In this document: piece after piece, positions 1-11,332 of the stretch
Layout of the letters: the number at the start of each line of letters is the position of its first letter
Position numbering within the stretch: the first letter of the stretch is position 1
NCBI GenBank assembly: GCA_964016885.1
Contig: OZ024753.1
Location: 9,300,001 to 9,364,000 of the forward strand
Length of the DNA stretch: 64,000 nucleotides
Origin: Eledone cirrhosa
Taxonomy: Eukaryota
Direction: 5' to 3'
The notes under the pieces: model-generated
What the model was told of the DNA's origin: nothing
Seen by the model: only the letters and a program-made list of their open reading frames with translations
Database searches by the model: none
Position numbers and translations under genes: made by a program

Positions 1-47
1 AATCCCAGATAAAGGCTATGGGCACTTCCTTTCTATTCCTAATGTAA

Positions 48-245
48 CCCTTTAGCATTTACATTACTCTATATATACTATTATATTTTCACAGTAATAT
101 CTCACATAATATTGAATGAGATTTTGATATTATTTATTTTGAGAACAATACCTTAACATCAGTATGAGTGGCTGGTTACAGCTGGTTTGAACAGAAAGAA
201 GTGAGAGAATTCTGGCCGGATACGGCTGGTTAAAATGCTAAAGGG
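48..245. mobile_element. piggyBac-type MITE, family P (~200-220 bp)
   Basis: TIRs CCCTTTAGCATTT...AAATGCTAAAGGG with TTAA-like flanks; same internal sequence recurs throughout the window. Confidence 0.85.
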
Positions 246-570
246 TTAGCAGTAAAAGAAAATATTTTGTAATATAATTTCATTACAGTATAAGTATTTG
301 TGGCTTAATCAAACTATAAGAAGCTTTATGGCACAACAGGAATATTTAATTATTTATCAAGTCTTAAATTTAAGAGTTAATAAGTACCCTATATACTTGA
401 ATATAAGCTGACCCAAATATAAGCTAACCCCCTATTTTATGTCTAAGAAATGGGCAACAATCCAAACCCCATATATAAATTGAGTCAGATAATCAACACA
501 TTATGTTTAGCTGGTGAGGTTTTGAAATTCTCATGAGTATAAAATATATTTATGAAGTTTTAATATATTG

Positions 571-784
571 ATGTTCAAACTAGTCATAACCGTCCAGAAC
601 TCTCTCACCTCTTTCTCTTCAAACCAGCTGTAACCGGCCACTCATACTGATGTTAAGGTGTTGTTCTCAAAATATATAATATCAAAATCTCATAGATTCA
701 AATATTATGTGAGATAATTAGGTGAGGTAAGCCTTTAGCATGAAAATATAATAGTAAATATAGAGTAATGTAAATGCTAAAGGG
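571..784. mobile_element. piggyBac-type MITE family P, opposite orientation, left end eroded
   Basis: Reverse complement of 48-245; ends AAATGCTAAAGGG|TTAA. Confidence 0.8.
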
Positions 785-846
785 TTAAAATGTTTTAAGT
801 CTTGTTTAGAATATAGTTTTTTTTATATACAACTCAATTACATTAA

Positions 847-1059
847 TCCTTTAGCATTTATATTACTCTACATATCCTACTGTATTGTATTTTCACAGTA
901 AAGGCTTTATCTCACATAATATTGAATCTATGCGATTTTGATATTATTTATTTTGAGAACAATATGTTAATCTAAGTATGAGTGGTTAGTTACAACCAGT
1001 TTAAACAGAGAGAGGTGAGGGAATTCTGGCCGGTTATGGCCGGTTTAAATGCTAAAGGG
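847..1059. mobile_element. piggyBac-type MITE family P
   Basis: TTAA|TCCTTTAGCATTT...AAATGCTAAAGGG|TTAA. Confidence 0.85.
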
Positions 1060-1949
1060 TTAAGCTTTAACAAGTTCTTTTTGGCTCATTTCTGGCCACT
1101 CCCATGCTAGGAGACCTTTGAAAGGAAGATATCAAATAAAGAACTTGGTTTGTTTGCAAATAAGAACATGGTTCATTTGTGAAGACATATAGGAAGAAGA
1201 AAAACTGAATACATGAGCCAGTGGCTATAGTCTTATCAAGTGCATGTGTGAATTGATGTTCTCTCTCTCTTTCACTCACTGCCTCTGTCTCTCTCTTTCA
1301 CTCACTGCCTCTGTCTCTCTCGGTCTCTCCATCTCTCAGAACTTTGTATAGAGATTCACAGAGTAGGAGCAGGATAGAGAGAGAACAAGCAAGAGAGAGG
1401 AGTGGCAGAATGAGAAAAAGAATAGGTGAGAGTGAGAAGGGAGAGAGAGAGAGAGAGTGTTTGGGAGAAATAAAATAAAATCAGATTTCAATCTTACATG
1501 AGATTGAAAGAAGAAATAATATTAAGTCAGAGAAAGACATGTATGCGTATGTGTGTGCACATGTGCATACATGTGTGTGCACATGTGCATACATGTGTGT
1601 GTGTATGAGATATTTATGTATTAAAATCTGTTGAATATATTTTCAAGGGAAGGCATAACACCAATGACAATGTAGAAAAACAATGTAGTAAAATAATCAC
1701 TCCAGATATTTTAACACCTTATTTATATAGAATTTGAAGTTGGGGAAAATCGTCAAAAATATTCACCCCAAATATAAGCTGACCCCCCCTCCCCCCCATT
1801 TTAACATTTTTTTTGGTCACATATTCCCCACCTTATATTCAAGCATTTACTGTAATAAATATGTAGCAAGAATAAGAATAGAAAAACACAATGAAATGGA
1901 TGTTCTTTTGAACATGTTAACCTTGGCAGGATCTGAATTGATGATAATA

Positions 1950-2134
1950 ATAATTGTTTCTATCCTTGGCACAACGCCACCAATTATCCCAATGCATTAC
2001 TGGTACTTTATTTTATTGACCCCGTAAGGATGAAAGGCTAAGTTAACCTCGGCGGGATTTGAACTCAGACCATAAAGGGCCGTAACTATGCTGCAAAGCA
2101 TGGCATCCAACCTTCTACCTATACTGCCAATCCA
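1950..2134 (-). mobile_element. tRNA-derived SINE family B (~185 bp)
   Basis: Minus strand has A-box-like TGGCAGTATAGGTAG, B-box GAGTTCAAATCCC, core CCTTTCATCCTTACGGGGTCRATAAAATAAAGTACCAG (resembles the Meta-type SINE core from memory), tail AGAAACAATTA. Confidence 0.85.
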
Positions 2135-2322
2135 CATGTATTGATGATGATAATAATGATTGCATGTCAATATGAAATGGCATTTTAAAGCATTGATTTA
2201 TCTGTTTATTAGAGGTCTGAAAACAAATTATTATATCCATGTTCTAAGTATTTGCTTCGCTACACTGATTGTGATTGAGATCATTTTAGCTAAATTGTTT
2301 TTGTGTCTGTTTTTAAATTTAA

Positions 2323-2514
2323 CCCTTTACCATATTTTCGCGGTAAAGGCTTTATCTCACATAATTATCTCACATAATATTGAATCTATGTGATTTTGAT
2401 ATTTATTTTGAAAAGAATATCTTAACGTCAGTATGAGTGGCCAGTTACAGCCATTTTGAACAGAAAGAGGTGAGAAAATTCTGGCCGGATTCAACCAGTT
2501 TAAATGCTAAAGGG
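2323..2514. mobile_element. piggyBac-type MITE family P, internally deleted
   Basis: TTAA|CCCTTTA...AAATGCTAAAGGG|TTAA. Confidence 0.8.
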
Positions 2515-2567
2515 TTAAGCAAAATTTCAGCAAAATTGCAAATAGCATTATTGAGGATGATAATTGC

Positions 2568-2793
2568 TGGGTGAAGAAGTGTCAGCAAATCCCAGTGAAA
2601 GGAGGCCACAGATGAGGTAGATCAAGGAAGAACTGGGCAGAGGAGGCGAGAGCTGACCTCAAATCAATGAAACTCATAGAGGAGATAATAAAGGAATGTG
2701 ACAGGTGGAGAGATGCTTTGCTGAGAAGGACACATTCAACCTATGCAAGCATGGAAAAACGAACATAAAATCTATGATAATGATGTTGATGAT
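2568..2793 (+). mobile_element. Diverged RTE-like LINE 3' end
   Basis: Translates VKKCQQIPVKGGHR*GRSRKNWAEEARADLKSMKL..ECDRWRDALL, similar to the 9102-9692 C-terminus; followed by CCTATGCAAGCATGGAAAA and (GAT)n-like tail. Confidence 0.65.
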
Positions 2794-4523
2794 TAACAAC
2801 AGCATGATACAAATTTGTAGATGAAGGGCTGAAGCCAAACTATTCTAAACATCATAGGCTATGACTTGTATGAGTATTAATAAAGAAAAAAATATCAATG
2901 TTTTTTTTTCTTGGAGAAACAGTGTAGCGATAATTCAAAGCAGTGTTTTCATCAAAGAAATGCTGAAGAAATGTGTAATATTTCAAGTAGAGCACTTCAG
3001 GGGCATGTGGCCTTGTGGTTAGGGTGTTTGATTCACAATCATAAAGCAATGACTTCGATTCCTGACCTGGGCAGTTACATTGCGGTTCTTGAGAAAATTA
3101 CATTTTATCTGCCAGGATAATTAGTTGATAGTATCAGATCAATGGAAACATTGTTTTGTTGGTCTCATCTGATAATCAGCTCTTTTTAATTTCCTTTCTT
3201 CAGAGGAGAAATGGTAAAAAAAATACATTTATTTCAGGTTGGATCTTTATATATAAATTTCTGCAATTCTGCAATTCTGTCACAACACGTAAAGAGAGAA
3301 GAGTAGTTTGACTACCTCATACTACTCCTTTCTCTTTACGTATGCTGACTGCGTGAATGTATTGTGTATTTTTGTAAGTGTATCTGCGTTTGTATGTCTA
3401 TATTTATATACTCATACATATAAATGTTTGCATATGCACAGACAATCACACATATATACATGTACGCATCAGCGTATGCAAAACAATTCTAGTTTAAGAT
3501 AAATCCATGCTTCTATGGATTTCTATTCGATTACCATTGCTACTAAATTAATCACTAACCACTTGTATGAAGGAATCTACCAAAGTAAAATGTTTTCTTC
3601 CATTGAGAAAATTCCTGTCTTTTATTTTGTTTCCCTAGTTTAACAATCGCATATAGTTTTTTGTTGGATGGGTTGGGGGGGGGTTGTTTAGTTTATTTTA
3701 GAAGCTGTAACAGATTATGTCCTATTTTTGTCATAGACAGTTCCTGCATATTATATTTGTAATCTTGTCACATATGCTTGCAATTTCATTGTTAATGTAA
3801 GTTCCAGCAAGAATTTATCTATAGAATATAATTTTCTTCCCGAGACATTCTACAGCATTTTCACAGTTCTTGTACTAACAATATTAATACTATAAGAGTA
3901 TAAACTTGAAACTTAATAAAAATATGAAGGAGAATTCTTACTAAGATAAGTCTCATTGTTACTATATTATTGTTTCCAGAATATGTCGCTTCTGTAATAT
4001 TACCTTATTCCTTTTGTATTAGTTGTAATCTTCTCTGGTTCTTATATCTGGTACCTCAGTAAGCAGACATTGTTCAATTTACTTTGGCAAGGAAATAATA
4101 ACATCAACATTTGCAAATACAATTTTATGCAGCCATGATTGCTAAATAAATAAACAATGGAAGCATGACATCATTTCTCAATATTATTTGGTGTAAACAT
4201 GATAACACTACTTTGAATTGTGAGAAACTAGAAGCTGATATTTCATTTAAGTATCATTTCATTCAAATGTCACATTTAGTTATTTTATAGGATCTGTAAT
4301 AGAAAAACCTTATTTATATTATTCATATATTGTGTATTGGGGCATTTTAAACCTAGTGGTACTCACCTCTCTCGAGGTCTGACCACAGCCAATTTCTTTC
4401 AGAGAGAGAGTGTGTGTGTGTGTGTGTGTGAGAGAGAGAAAGAGAGAGAGTGTGTGTGTATGTGAATGAGAGAGGGGGGGGGGGGGGGCGGCTTGACTCC
4501 AATACTGAACTGGTTGCATTATG

Positions 4524-5080
4524 TGGATTGGCAGAATTGGTAGAGGGTTGGACATGCTTTCCAGCATAGTTATGTCCCTTTACGATCTGAGTTCAAATCC
4601 TGCCAAGGTTAACTTTGCCTTTCATCCTTACGGGGTCGATAAAATAAAGTACCAGTAATGTACTGGGTAATTGCTGGCCTTGTGCCGAAAGTAGAAACAA
4701 TTATATTATATTTGTTTAAAGTAGAAACAATTATTTATTGACCCCAGGGCAGTGGATTGGCAATATCGGTAGAGCGTCAAACAAAATGCTTTGCGGCATA
4801 TTCTTACTGCGCTTCATGTTCTGAGTTCAAATTCCGCAGAGGTTAGCTTTGCCTTTCGTCCTTACCGAGTCGATAAAATAAAATACCAGTAATACATTAG
4901 GGTTGATTTAATCGACTTTCCCCTCCCCTCAAATTACTGGCCTTGTGCATATACTAGAAACCATTATTTATTGACCCCAAAAGAATGAAAAGAAAAGTTG
5001 GCTTCAGTGGGATTTGAACTCAGAGAATAGAAAGCTGGAATGAACACAACAAAGCCTTCCATCTGATACCCTAATAACTC
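4524..5080. mobile_element. Cluster of SINE family B copies (4524-4703 +, 4752-4966 +, ~4966-5080 - diverged)
   Basis: Family B A/B boxes and core in each. Confidence 0.8.
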
Positions 5081-5633
5081 TATGTATGCACTGTCTATTT
5101 AGGGAGTAAAATTATAAAAAAATATTAGCTTCCCAAGTTAGTGATTTGAAACTGCTATTTTGTCAATTTTCAGAAAATTCACTGAAATAAAATATTAACA
5201 AACAAATTTTAATGTTTTGGAAAGAGTGAGTTCACTCATATTGTAATGCTAAAAAAAAGGTTTTTTAAATCACTCTAAAGTGTAATAAAGTTACAATTAT
5301 GCTTAGAAAAATATTTTTTATTGCATACCACAAAATTCTTTTTTTAATATTTTTTTTATTGCTTGATAAATATTGTTATGTTTAATCATCCCCTTGATGG
5401 GTAATATTAATTTTACAATGACGGATCTGTGAAACTTATGGTAATTTAGTTGGTTGGTTGGTATTTTAACTACCATCAGTATAGGTGAAAGAAGAACTGG
5501 AACCCTAACTGGTAATTTCTTTATTACAACAGTCTTCTTTCTGACTGTGTAAATTTTGCCCCTCTCCCCTCCTTACATGGCATCTGAAGCATCTATGTTT
5601 TATTTTCTGCCAAATATATTGAATTGAATTGAA

Positions 5634-6462
5634 TTAAGGTATTGTTCTCAAAATAAATAACATCAAAATCTCATAGATTCGATATTATGTGAGATAATTA
5701 TGTGAGATAAAGCCTTTACCACAAAAATAAAATAGTAAATATAGAGTAATGTAAATGCTAAAGGGTTAATGTAGGTACCAACTCTTTCAACACAAATAAT
5801 TTGCTGCCACTAAAATGTATCCCAGTCAATCAATACAGGAGCTTCTATGTAACCAACTGGTCTGTCCATTGCATTTTAATTGTGGCCGTATCTGGCCACA
5901 ATTCTCTCGCCTCTTTCTGTTCAAACTGGCTGTAACCAGCCACTCATACTGATGTTAACCCTTTAATGTTCAAACTGGCCAAAACCGGCCAGAATTCTCT
6001 ACCTCTTTCTGTTGAAACTGGCTGTAACTGGTCGCTCAAACTTATGTTAAGGTATTGTTCTCAAAATAAATACTTTCAAAATCTCATAGATTCGATATTA
6101 TGTGAGATAATTATGTGAGGTAAAGCCTTTACCATGAAAATATAATAGTATATATAGAGTAATGTGAATGCTAAAGGGTTTAAGAATCAGTAAAACAGTA
6201 ATGGTGTTAAGATATCTATGAAGTCTATTTGCTCAACAAGTTATAAATTGAAGTAAAAAACACAACTTCCTTATTTCAGACTTTATGAATACACAATATT
6301 TTCATTATTATTTTATATATACAGTAATGTGAATGCTAAAGGGTTAAGGTATTTTTCTCAAAATAAATATTATCAAAATCTCATAAATTTGATATTATGT
6401 GAGATAAAGCTTTTACTGTGAAAATACAATAGTAAATATAGAGTAAAGTAAAGGCCAAAGGG
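5634..6462. mobile_element. Family P MITE cluster: partial 5634-5765; outer copy ~5875-6462 interrupted at its internal TTAA by an insertion 5959-6343 that contains a full copy 5959-6178
   Basis: CATACTGATG-TTAA|CCCTTTAA...GCTAAAGGG|TTAA-GGTATTTTTCTC; rejoining the flanks restores the consensus GATGTTAAGGTATT. Confidence 0.75.
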
Positions 6463-6494
6463 TTAAAACAGGGGTAACATGAGCAAATAGGAGT

Positions 6495-6740
6495 GATTCT
6501 AATGGAACAAACTGCCTGCATCAGTTGTTAGCTGCCGAGACACTGCATCCTTTAAAACCCTCATGCTTCCCGAAATTCGCCAAAACTACACCTGATGTCC
6601 CCCTTCCATACACATGCACACATGTATATCATGACTCATGCACTGTTCATTTTCCTGACGTTTGTACATTTCCCTATGTACTATACATATACTTTTGATG
6701 AGTTGTAGTGCACCTGAGCACTGTACACAATAATTTCATT
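6495..6740 (+). mobile_element. CR1/L2-like LINE 3' end
   Basis: Translates WNKLPASVVSCRDTASFKTLMLPEIRQNYT*, matching the WNxLPxxVVxxxxxxxFK C-terminal motif of CR1/L2 ORF2; followed by a 3' UTR. Confidence 0.65.
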
Positions 6741-6925
6741 GGGATTGGCACTATTGGTAGAGAGTCGGATGCCATGCTTTGACGCATAGAGTTACGGCAC
6801 TTGCCATTCTGAGTTCAAATCCCGCCGAGGTTAACTTTGCCTTTAATCCTTACGGGGTCGGTAAAATAAAGTAACAGTAATGCATTGGGTAATTGCTGGC
6901 CTTGTGCCAAAAGTAGAAACAATTA
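6741..6925 (+). mobile_element. SINE family B
   Basis: Full family B consensus match. Confidence 0.85.
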
Positions 6926-7332
6926 TTTTATATATAGAGTAATGTGATTGCTAAAGGGTTAAGGTATTTTTCTCAAAATAAATATTATCAAAATCTCATA
7001 AATTTGATATTATGTGAGATAAAGCTTTTACTGTGAAAATACAATAGTAAATATAGAGTAAAGTAAAGACCAAAGGGTTAAAACAGGGGTAACATGAGCA
7101 TTAGACATTCTTTAAATAACTGAATATACCAAGTTTGTTTCTATTATCGTTAAAGTAATCTCAAGTTCAACTTCAGCTACTCAACTGTTCCAGTGTAAGA
7201 GAGATAAAGACGTAACTATCCCCACAATAATCATTAGGTCACTAAATTTAGACACATTGATTAAATTCATCGTTTGATTAGCTGCTTCCAGATCATTGAC
7301 TTGCTCAAACAGAGCTGACCAAGACTTCTTAA

Positions 7333-7385
7333 CAACTACTACCACTAATACTACTACTACTACTAATAATAATAATAATAATAAT

Positions 7386-7420
<35 letters not shown>

Positions 7421-7540
7421 AAATAATAATAATATCACCACTACTACTACTATGACGACCACCACCACCACCACCACTTCTACTACTACAACGACCACCA
7501 CCACCACTACTATTACTACTACTACTACTACAACAACAGT
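7333..7540. repeat. Compound (ACT/AAT/ACC)n microsatellite (another at ~8056-8110)
   Basis: Direct reading. Confidence 0.95.
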
Positions 7541-8331
7541 TATTCTTGTAGAATTTCTCTTTTTGTGCTCAACCAATCGGGAATAGACTATTTACGGCTC
7601 TTTGATTAAGCATTAGAGTCTTATTTTGGCAAATAGCACTCCTTATCCCTTCAGTTTACTACTAAGTTTGTTTATTTACAAATAAACTGCAGCACCAAAG
7701 TTATTTTCGTATCATTTCTCACTCTAATGGATTATTTTAGAATGCATTATGCAAATGAAGCAGATAGAACATTATGCTAATAGAATTTATATTTTATTCA
7801 GTTCTATCTTGTTCTTTTATTATTTTCAACTTTGTTTTTGTTTGAAAGTTTAAAACAAGATTAATAGATTTTTGTCTTTGTTTGTTTTATTTTTGGTTTA
7901 ATTTTCTACTTTCACATTCAAACTTAATAGTAGACATACAAATGTTTAGCTTCTGTATCATTACAGTGCAGAAGATGGAAAGTAAAATCTGTCAGTTTAG
8001 TAATCTTTACTACAAATATAACACTACAAACAATGACTACCACTAATTTCAAATCTACTACTACTACTACTACTACAGCTGCTACTACTACTACTACTAC
8101 TACTACTACTGTTGCTATTGCTTCTGTCACTATTATTAACATTATGTAGAAGAGGTTAGTGAATCAGGCTGTGTTGAATGAATAAACTTCAAAATTATTT
8201 TAGGAAAGAAATGTATTTAATTGACCACATATACTCTGTGGATGAACACTGACGAAAATGGGAAATAGTGGTTTTTATAGAGGTTTATTGAGTATTGTAT
8301 GTATAATCTGTATATGAGTCTCTCTCTCTCT

Positions 8332-8368
<37 letters not shown>

Positions 8369-8371
<3 letters not shown>

Positions 8372-8593
8372 TTAATATAGATGAGATTCTACAGGACTAA
8401 AACTGTTTCATTCTTTAGAAATCATCAGGAATCTGGCTGTCCAAAATAAATGGACAGCCAGATTCCTGATAATTTCTAAAGAATGAAACAGTTCTAGTCC
8501 TGTAGAATCTCATCTATATTAAAACTTTTACACTCTGCTATGTATTGAGTACCTTACTGTGGTTACCTCCGATTCAACCCGGAATAACTTACC
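8369..8593. mobile_element. Fold-back element H1 (Penelope-like pLTR remnant or retrozyme-like), 75-bp arms plus 68-bp one-sided tail, between (TA)n tracts
   Basis: Palindrome 8369-8525 with loop AAATAAA; second copy at 36472-36665; each arm carries a hammerhead motif. Confidence 0.75.
8384..8434 (-). ncRNA. Type I hammerhead ribozyme motif, intact core (mirror copy 8460-8510 + has CUGAUAA)
   Basis: AGAUUC CUGAUGA U-UUC-UAAA-GAA-U GAAA CAG-UUUUAGUC-CUG UA|GAAUCU: 6-bp stem I, 3-bp stem II, stem III, GUA cleavage triplet. Confidence 0.8.
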
Positions 8594-8668
8594 TATATAT
8601 ATATATATATATATATTTGAAAAAGTGGAGAATAACAAGGTCAACAGTACAAAATAGGGATTTATTTG

Positions 8669-8769
8669 CAGTCTAACAATTGTTTCACTGATAAAGTTGT
8701 CTAAAGATTGCTAAACACTAAAAGCAGTGCCACTCAATTTTAAATACGATGTCAGATCTTCGGAAACTG
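8669..8769 (-). ncRNA. Degenerate hammerhead motif with long stem II (element ~8617-8955)
   Basis: CAGUUU CCGAAGA U-CUGA...UCAG-U GAAA CAAUUG UU|AGACUG, then CAAAUAAA; U4>C core change; enclosed by a 16-bp IR TTGAAAAAGTGGAGAA. Confidence 0.5.
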
Positions 8770-8963
8770 TTTCTCCACTTTTTCAATTTTATTACTCCAA
8801 GATAAACTTACATAGGAATACAAGTGAAATCATAAACTCGTCATCTACGTGAACCTCTTGTTGAGTCAAGCAACGCCGTACGCTAAAACTATCCATAATA
8901 TGAAGTATTCACAACCTCTAATTGGATTACCTATAACGATATTTTGTTATCCTTTATATATAT

Positions 8964-10047
8964 AAAAGATGTAGTGGGATCACAGGTAAGCTAACTAAGA
9001 ACATAGACTTTACATGTGGCCGGTGTTCTGGTGCAATAAGTAGCAGCAAGTGCCCACAAAATACTAGCTCTTTCAATTGCGCAGAGGGTTCTATAGAAAT
9101 AGTGGACAGCTTCCGTTACCTGGGCGATAAAATCAGCAGTGGGGGAGGGTGCTCTGAAAGTACTGTAGCTAGAGTCAGAACTGGTTGGAAAAAGTTCAGA
9201 GAGCTTATACCACTATTAGCTGCTAAAGGGTTCTCCCTAAAAATGAAAGGCAGGTTGTACGATGCCTGCATACGAACAGCAATGTTGCATGGTAGTGAGA
9301 CCTGGGCATTGTGTGCAGAGGATATACGCAGACTAGAGAGGAACGAAGCTTGCATGCTCCGCTGGATGTGTAACAGTAATATACGTGAACGGCAAAGCAT
9401 AAACGAACTAAGGAAAAAATTAGAGATAAGAGGGATCAGATGTTGTTTACTCGAGAGAAGGCTGCGTTGGTATGGACACGTGATGCGCATGAAAGTCGAT
9501 AGCTGTATTACAAAGTGCAGGGCAATAAAGATAGACGGTAGCCACGGAATAGGCAGACCTAGAAAAACATGGGATGAGCTGATAAACTCCGACCTCACAC
9601 ACTTACACCTCTCCAAGACAATGTCACTGGACCGTGACCTTTGGCGGTACTCAGTAACAGAGAAGACCCGCCTTGCCAGTAGGCATCTCTAACAAAATAC
9701 ACCCCTCCCGCCGCCACCCCCACCCCATCCACACCACCCCGTTCTATGTAAAGTTATGTTGGTGCCGCGCCATCCAGGCCGAAACAAATGAGATCGTGTA
9801 GGTGTCACGACAAAAAAACACACAGTCCACGCTGTAATGTGGCCGTGTAGGCAACACGGTAAAAACCTCCCAGACCCACACTGTAAATGTGGTTGGTGTT
9901 AGGAAGGGCATCCAACTGTAGAAAACCTGCCAGACAGTCCTATGCGAGCAAGACAATCACTCTTGCCTCAAGTGGGACTACCCCCGTCCAAACCCATGCA
10001 AGCGTGGAACACGGACGTTAAACGTTGATGATGATGATGATGATGAT
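8964..10047 (+). mobile_element. 5'-truncated RTE-clade LINE (3' ~1.1 kb)
   Basis: Open frame, then 3' UTR with ~48-bp modules, GTTGGTGTTAGGAAGGGCATCC motif and (GAT)n tail. Confidence 0.9.
8967..9692 (+). pseudogene. RTE-like reverse transcriptase C-terminal fragment (uninterrupted frame)
   Basis: RCSGITGKL..FTCGRCSG..VDSFRYLGD (RT motif 7)..GRLYDACIRTAMLHGSETW..RRLRWYGHVMRM..GRPRKTW. Confidence 0.9.
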
Positions 10048-10056
10048 ATATATATA

Positions 10057-10398
10057 TTTCGTTTCTGAATTTGTTTAGCAAGATTCTTTATCTTGAAATC
10101 GTGTGTTGAAACCGATATTGTTATACTTTGGGAGGGTCATGTTGCCAATAAGAAACACACGCACCAGTTGCTTTCACTTCAATTTATTATATATTTATAA
10201 ATTTATAAATTTACAAATCTACAAACTTATAAATTTCTGGTTGGTTGGTTGGTTCCACAACCAGATAGTTGTGGAACCAACTAACCAACCAGAAATTTAT
10301 AAGTTTGTAGATTTATAAATTTATAAATATATAATAAATTGAAGTGAAAGCAACTGGTGCGTGTGTTTCTTATTGGCAACATGACCCTCCCAAAGTAT

Positions 10399-10406
<8 letters not shown>
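10057..10406. mobile_element. Fold-back element H2, short version, in (TA)n
   Basis: Palindrome 10115-10406 turning at CCACAAC-CAGATA-GTTGTGG, plus ~58-bp one-sided tail; same sequence as 57657-58236. Confidence 0.8.
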
Positions 10407-10442
<36 letters not shown>

Positions 10443-10486
10443 AATTAAAAAGAACAGAAAGATGCAGTAAAAGAGATTTATTCGGT

Positions 10487-10601
10487 TCTTACGTATGTTT
10501 CAATAGACATCTATTTGCCTAGATCTCGCTACATCTATAATATTATATATTTAGTAGAGCATTCGATATCCAATGCACAATCGATCCCATATCATCAGAG
10601 A
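10487..10601 (-). ncRNA. Hammerhead motif with long stem II (element ~10438-10610 between (TA)n)
   Basis: UCU CUGAUGA U-AUGGG...UCUAU-U GAAA CAUACG UA|AGA, then ACCGAAUAAA; intact core, stem I only 3 bp. Confidence 0.55.
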
Positions 10602-10621
10602 TTATGCTTATATATATATAT

Positions 10622-11332
10622 AAGCAAAAGGGATATTTAATTTGTTGGTAATTCAACAAATATATATGTTTATAACTGATTTGAAGCACTCGACAGATTT
10701 TCTGGACGATAATATTCAATGATATTAAATAAATGGAAACTATATTTATAAAACCATATTTATTCTATTATATATATTTTAAGGGTTCCAAAACTTTGGT
10801 ATGCTCTCATCAGATAAAATACAAAGTTTGTTTTATAAATATTGACATATCCAGGAAGAAGATCTTAACAGTTCAAGTTTTTCAAGTTTTTCCAGGAAAA
10901 ACTTGACCTGTTATTATAACTCATAATTTAGCTAAATATTTTTTTAAATTCTGGAATCATATTCCACCACTCCAACAAATTGTTAATTCTTAACGTTTCA
11001 ATCTTTTTAAATTCACGTACATTATAGTAATATAAATACAAGCTTTTCTTTCTTTCTCTTTCTTCTTCCTATACATACACATATATATATCCTAATAATT
11101 ATTTAAATCTACCTAGCGTCTAAAAATAACGGTTTTTTCAGCCCTACGCCTCAACCTCATTTGCATATTCATTTAAATAATTTGAAATATTTGTTTTTTT
11201 CCTCTCTTCCCCTTTTTCTTTTTACTATCCAGGTAAAACTTGAACCGTTAAGGTCTCATTCCTGGATATGTCAATATTTATAAAACAAACTTTGTATTTT
11301 ACCCTTGAAATATATATAATAGAATAAATATG
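10622..11332. mobile_element. Inverted-repeat element (arms 10755-10881 and 11235-11332), probable decayed Penelope-like remnant
   Basis: ~100-bp IR; left arm contains minus-strand CUGAUGA-GAGC..GUUUU-GGAA (degenerate hammerhead) absent from the right arm. Confidence 0.5.

Larger units (their letters stand above)
387..1852. mobile_element. Old Tc1/mariner-superfamily (pogo/Tc2-like) non-autonomous element hosting two family-P MITEs
   Basis: TA|CCCTATATACTTGAATATAAG at left, CTTATATTCAAGCATTTACTG|TA at right (imperfect TIR); subterminal ATATAAGCTGACCC at both ends. Confidence 0.55.
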
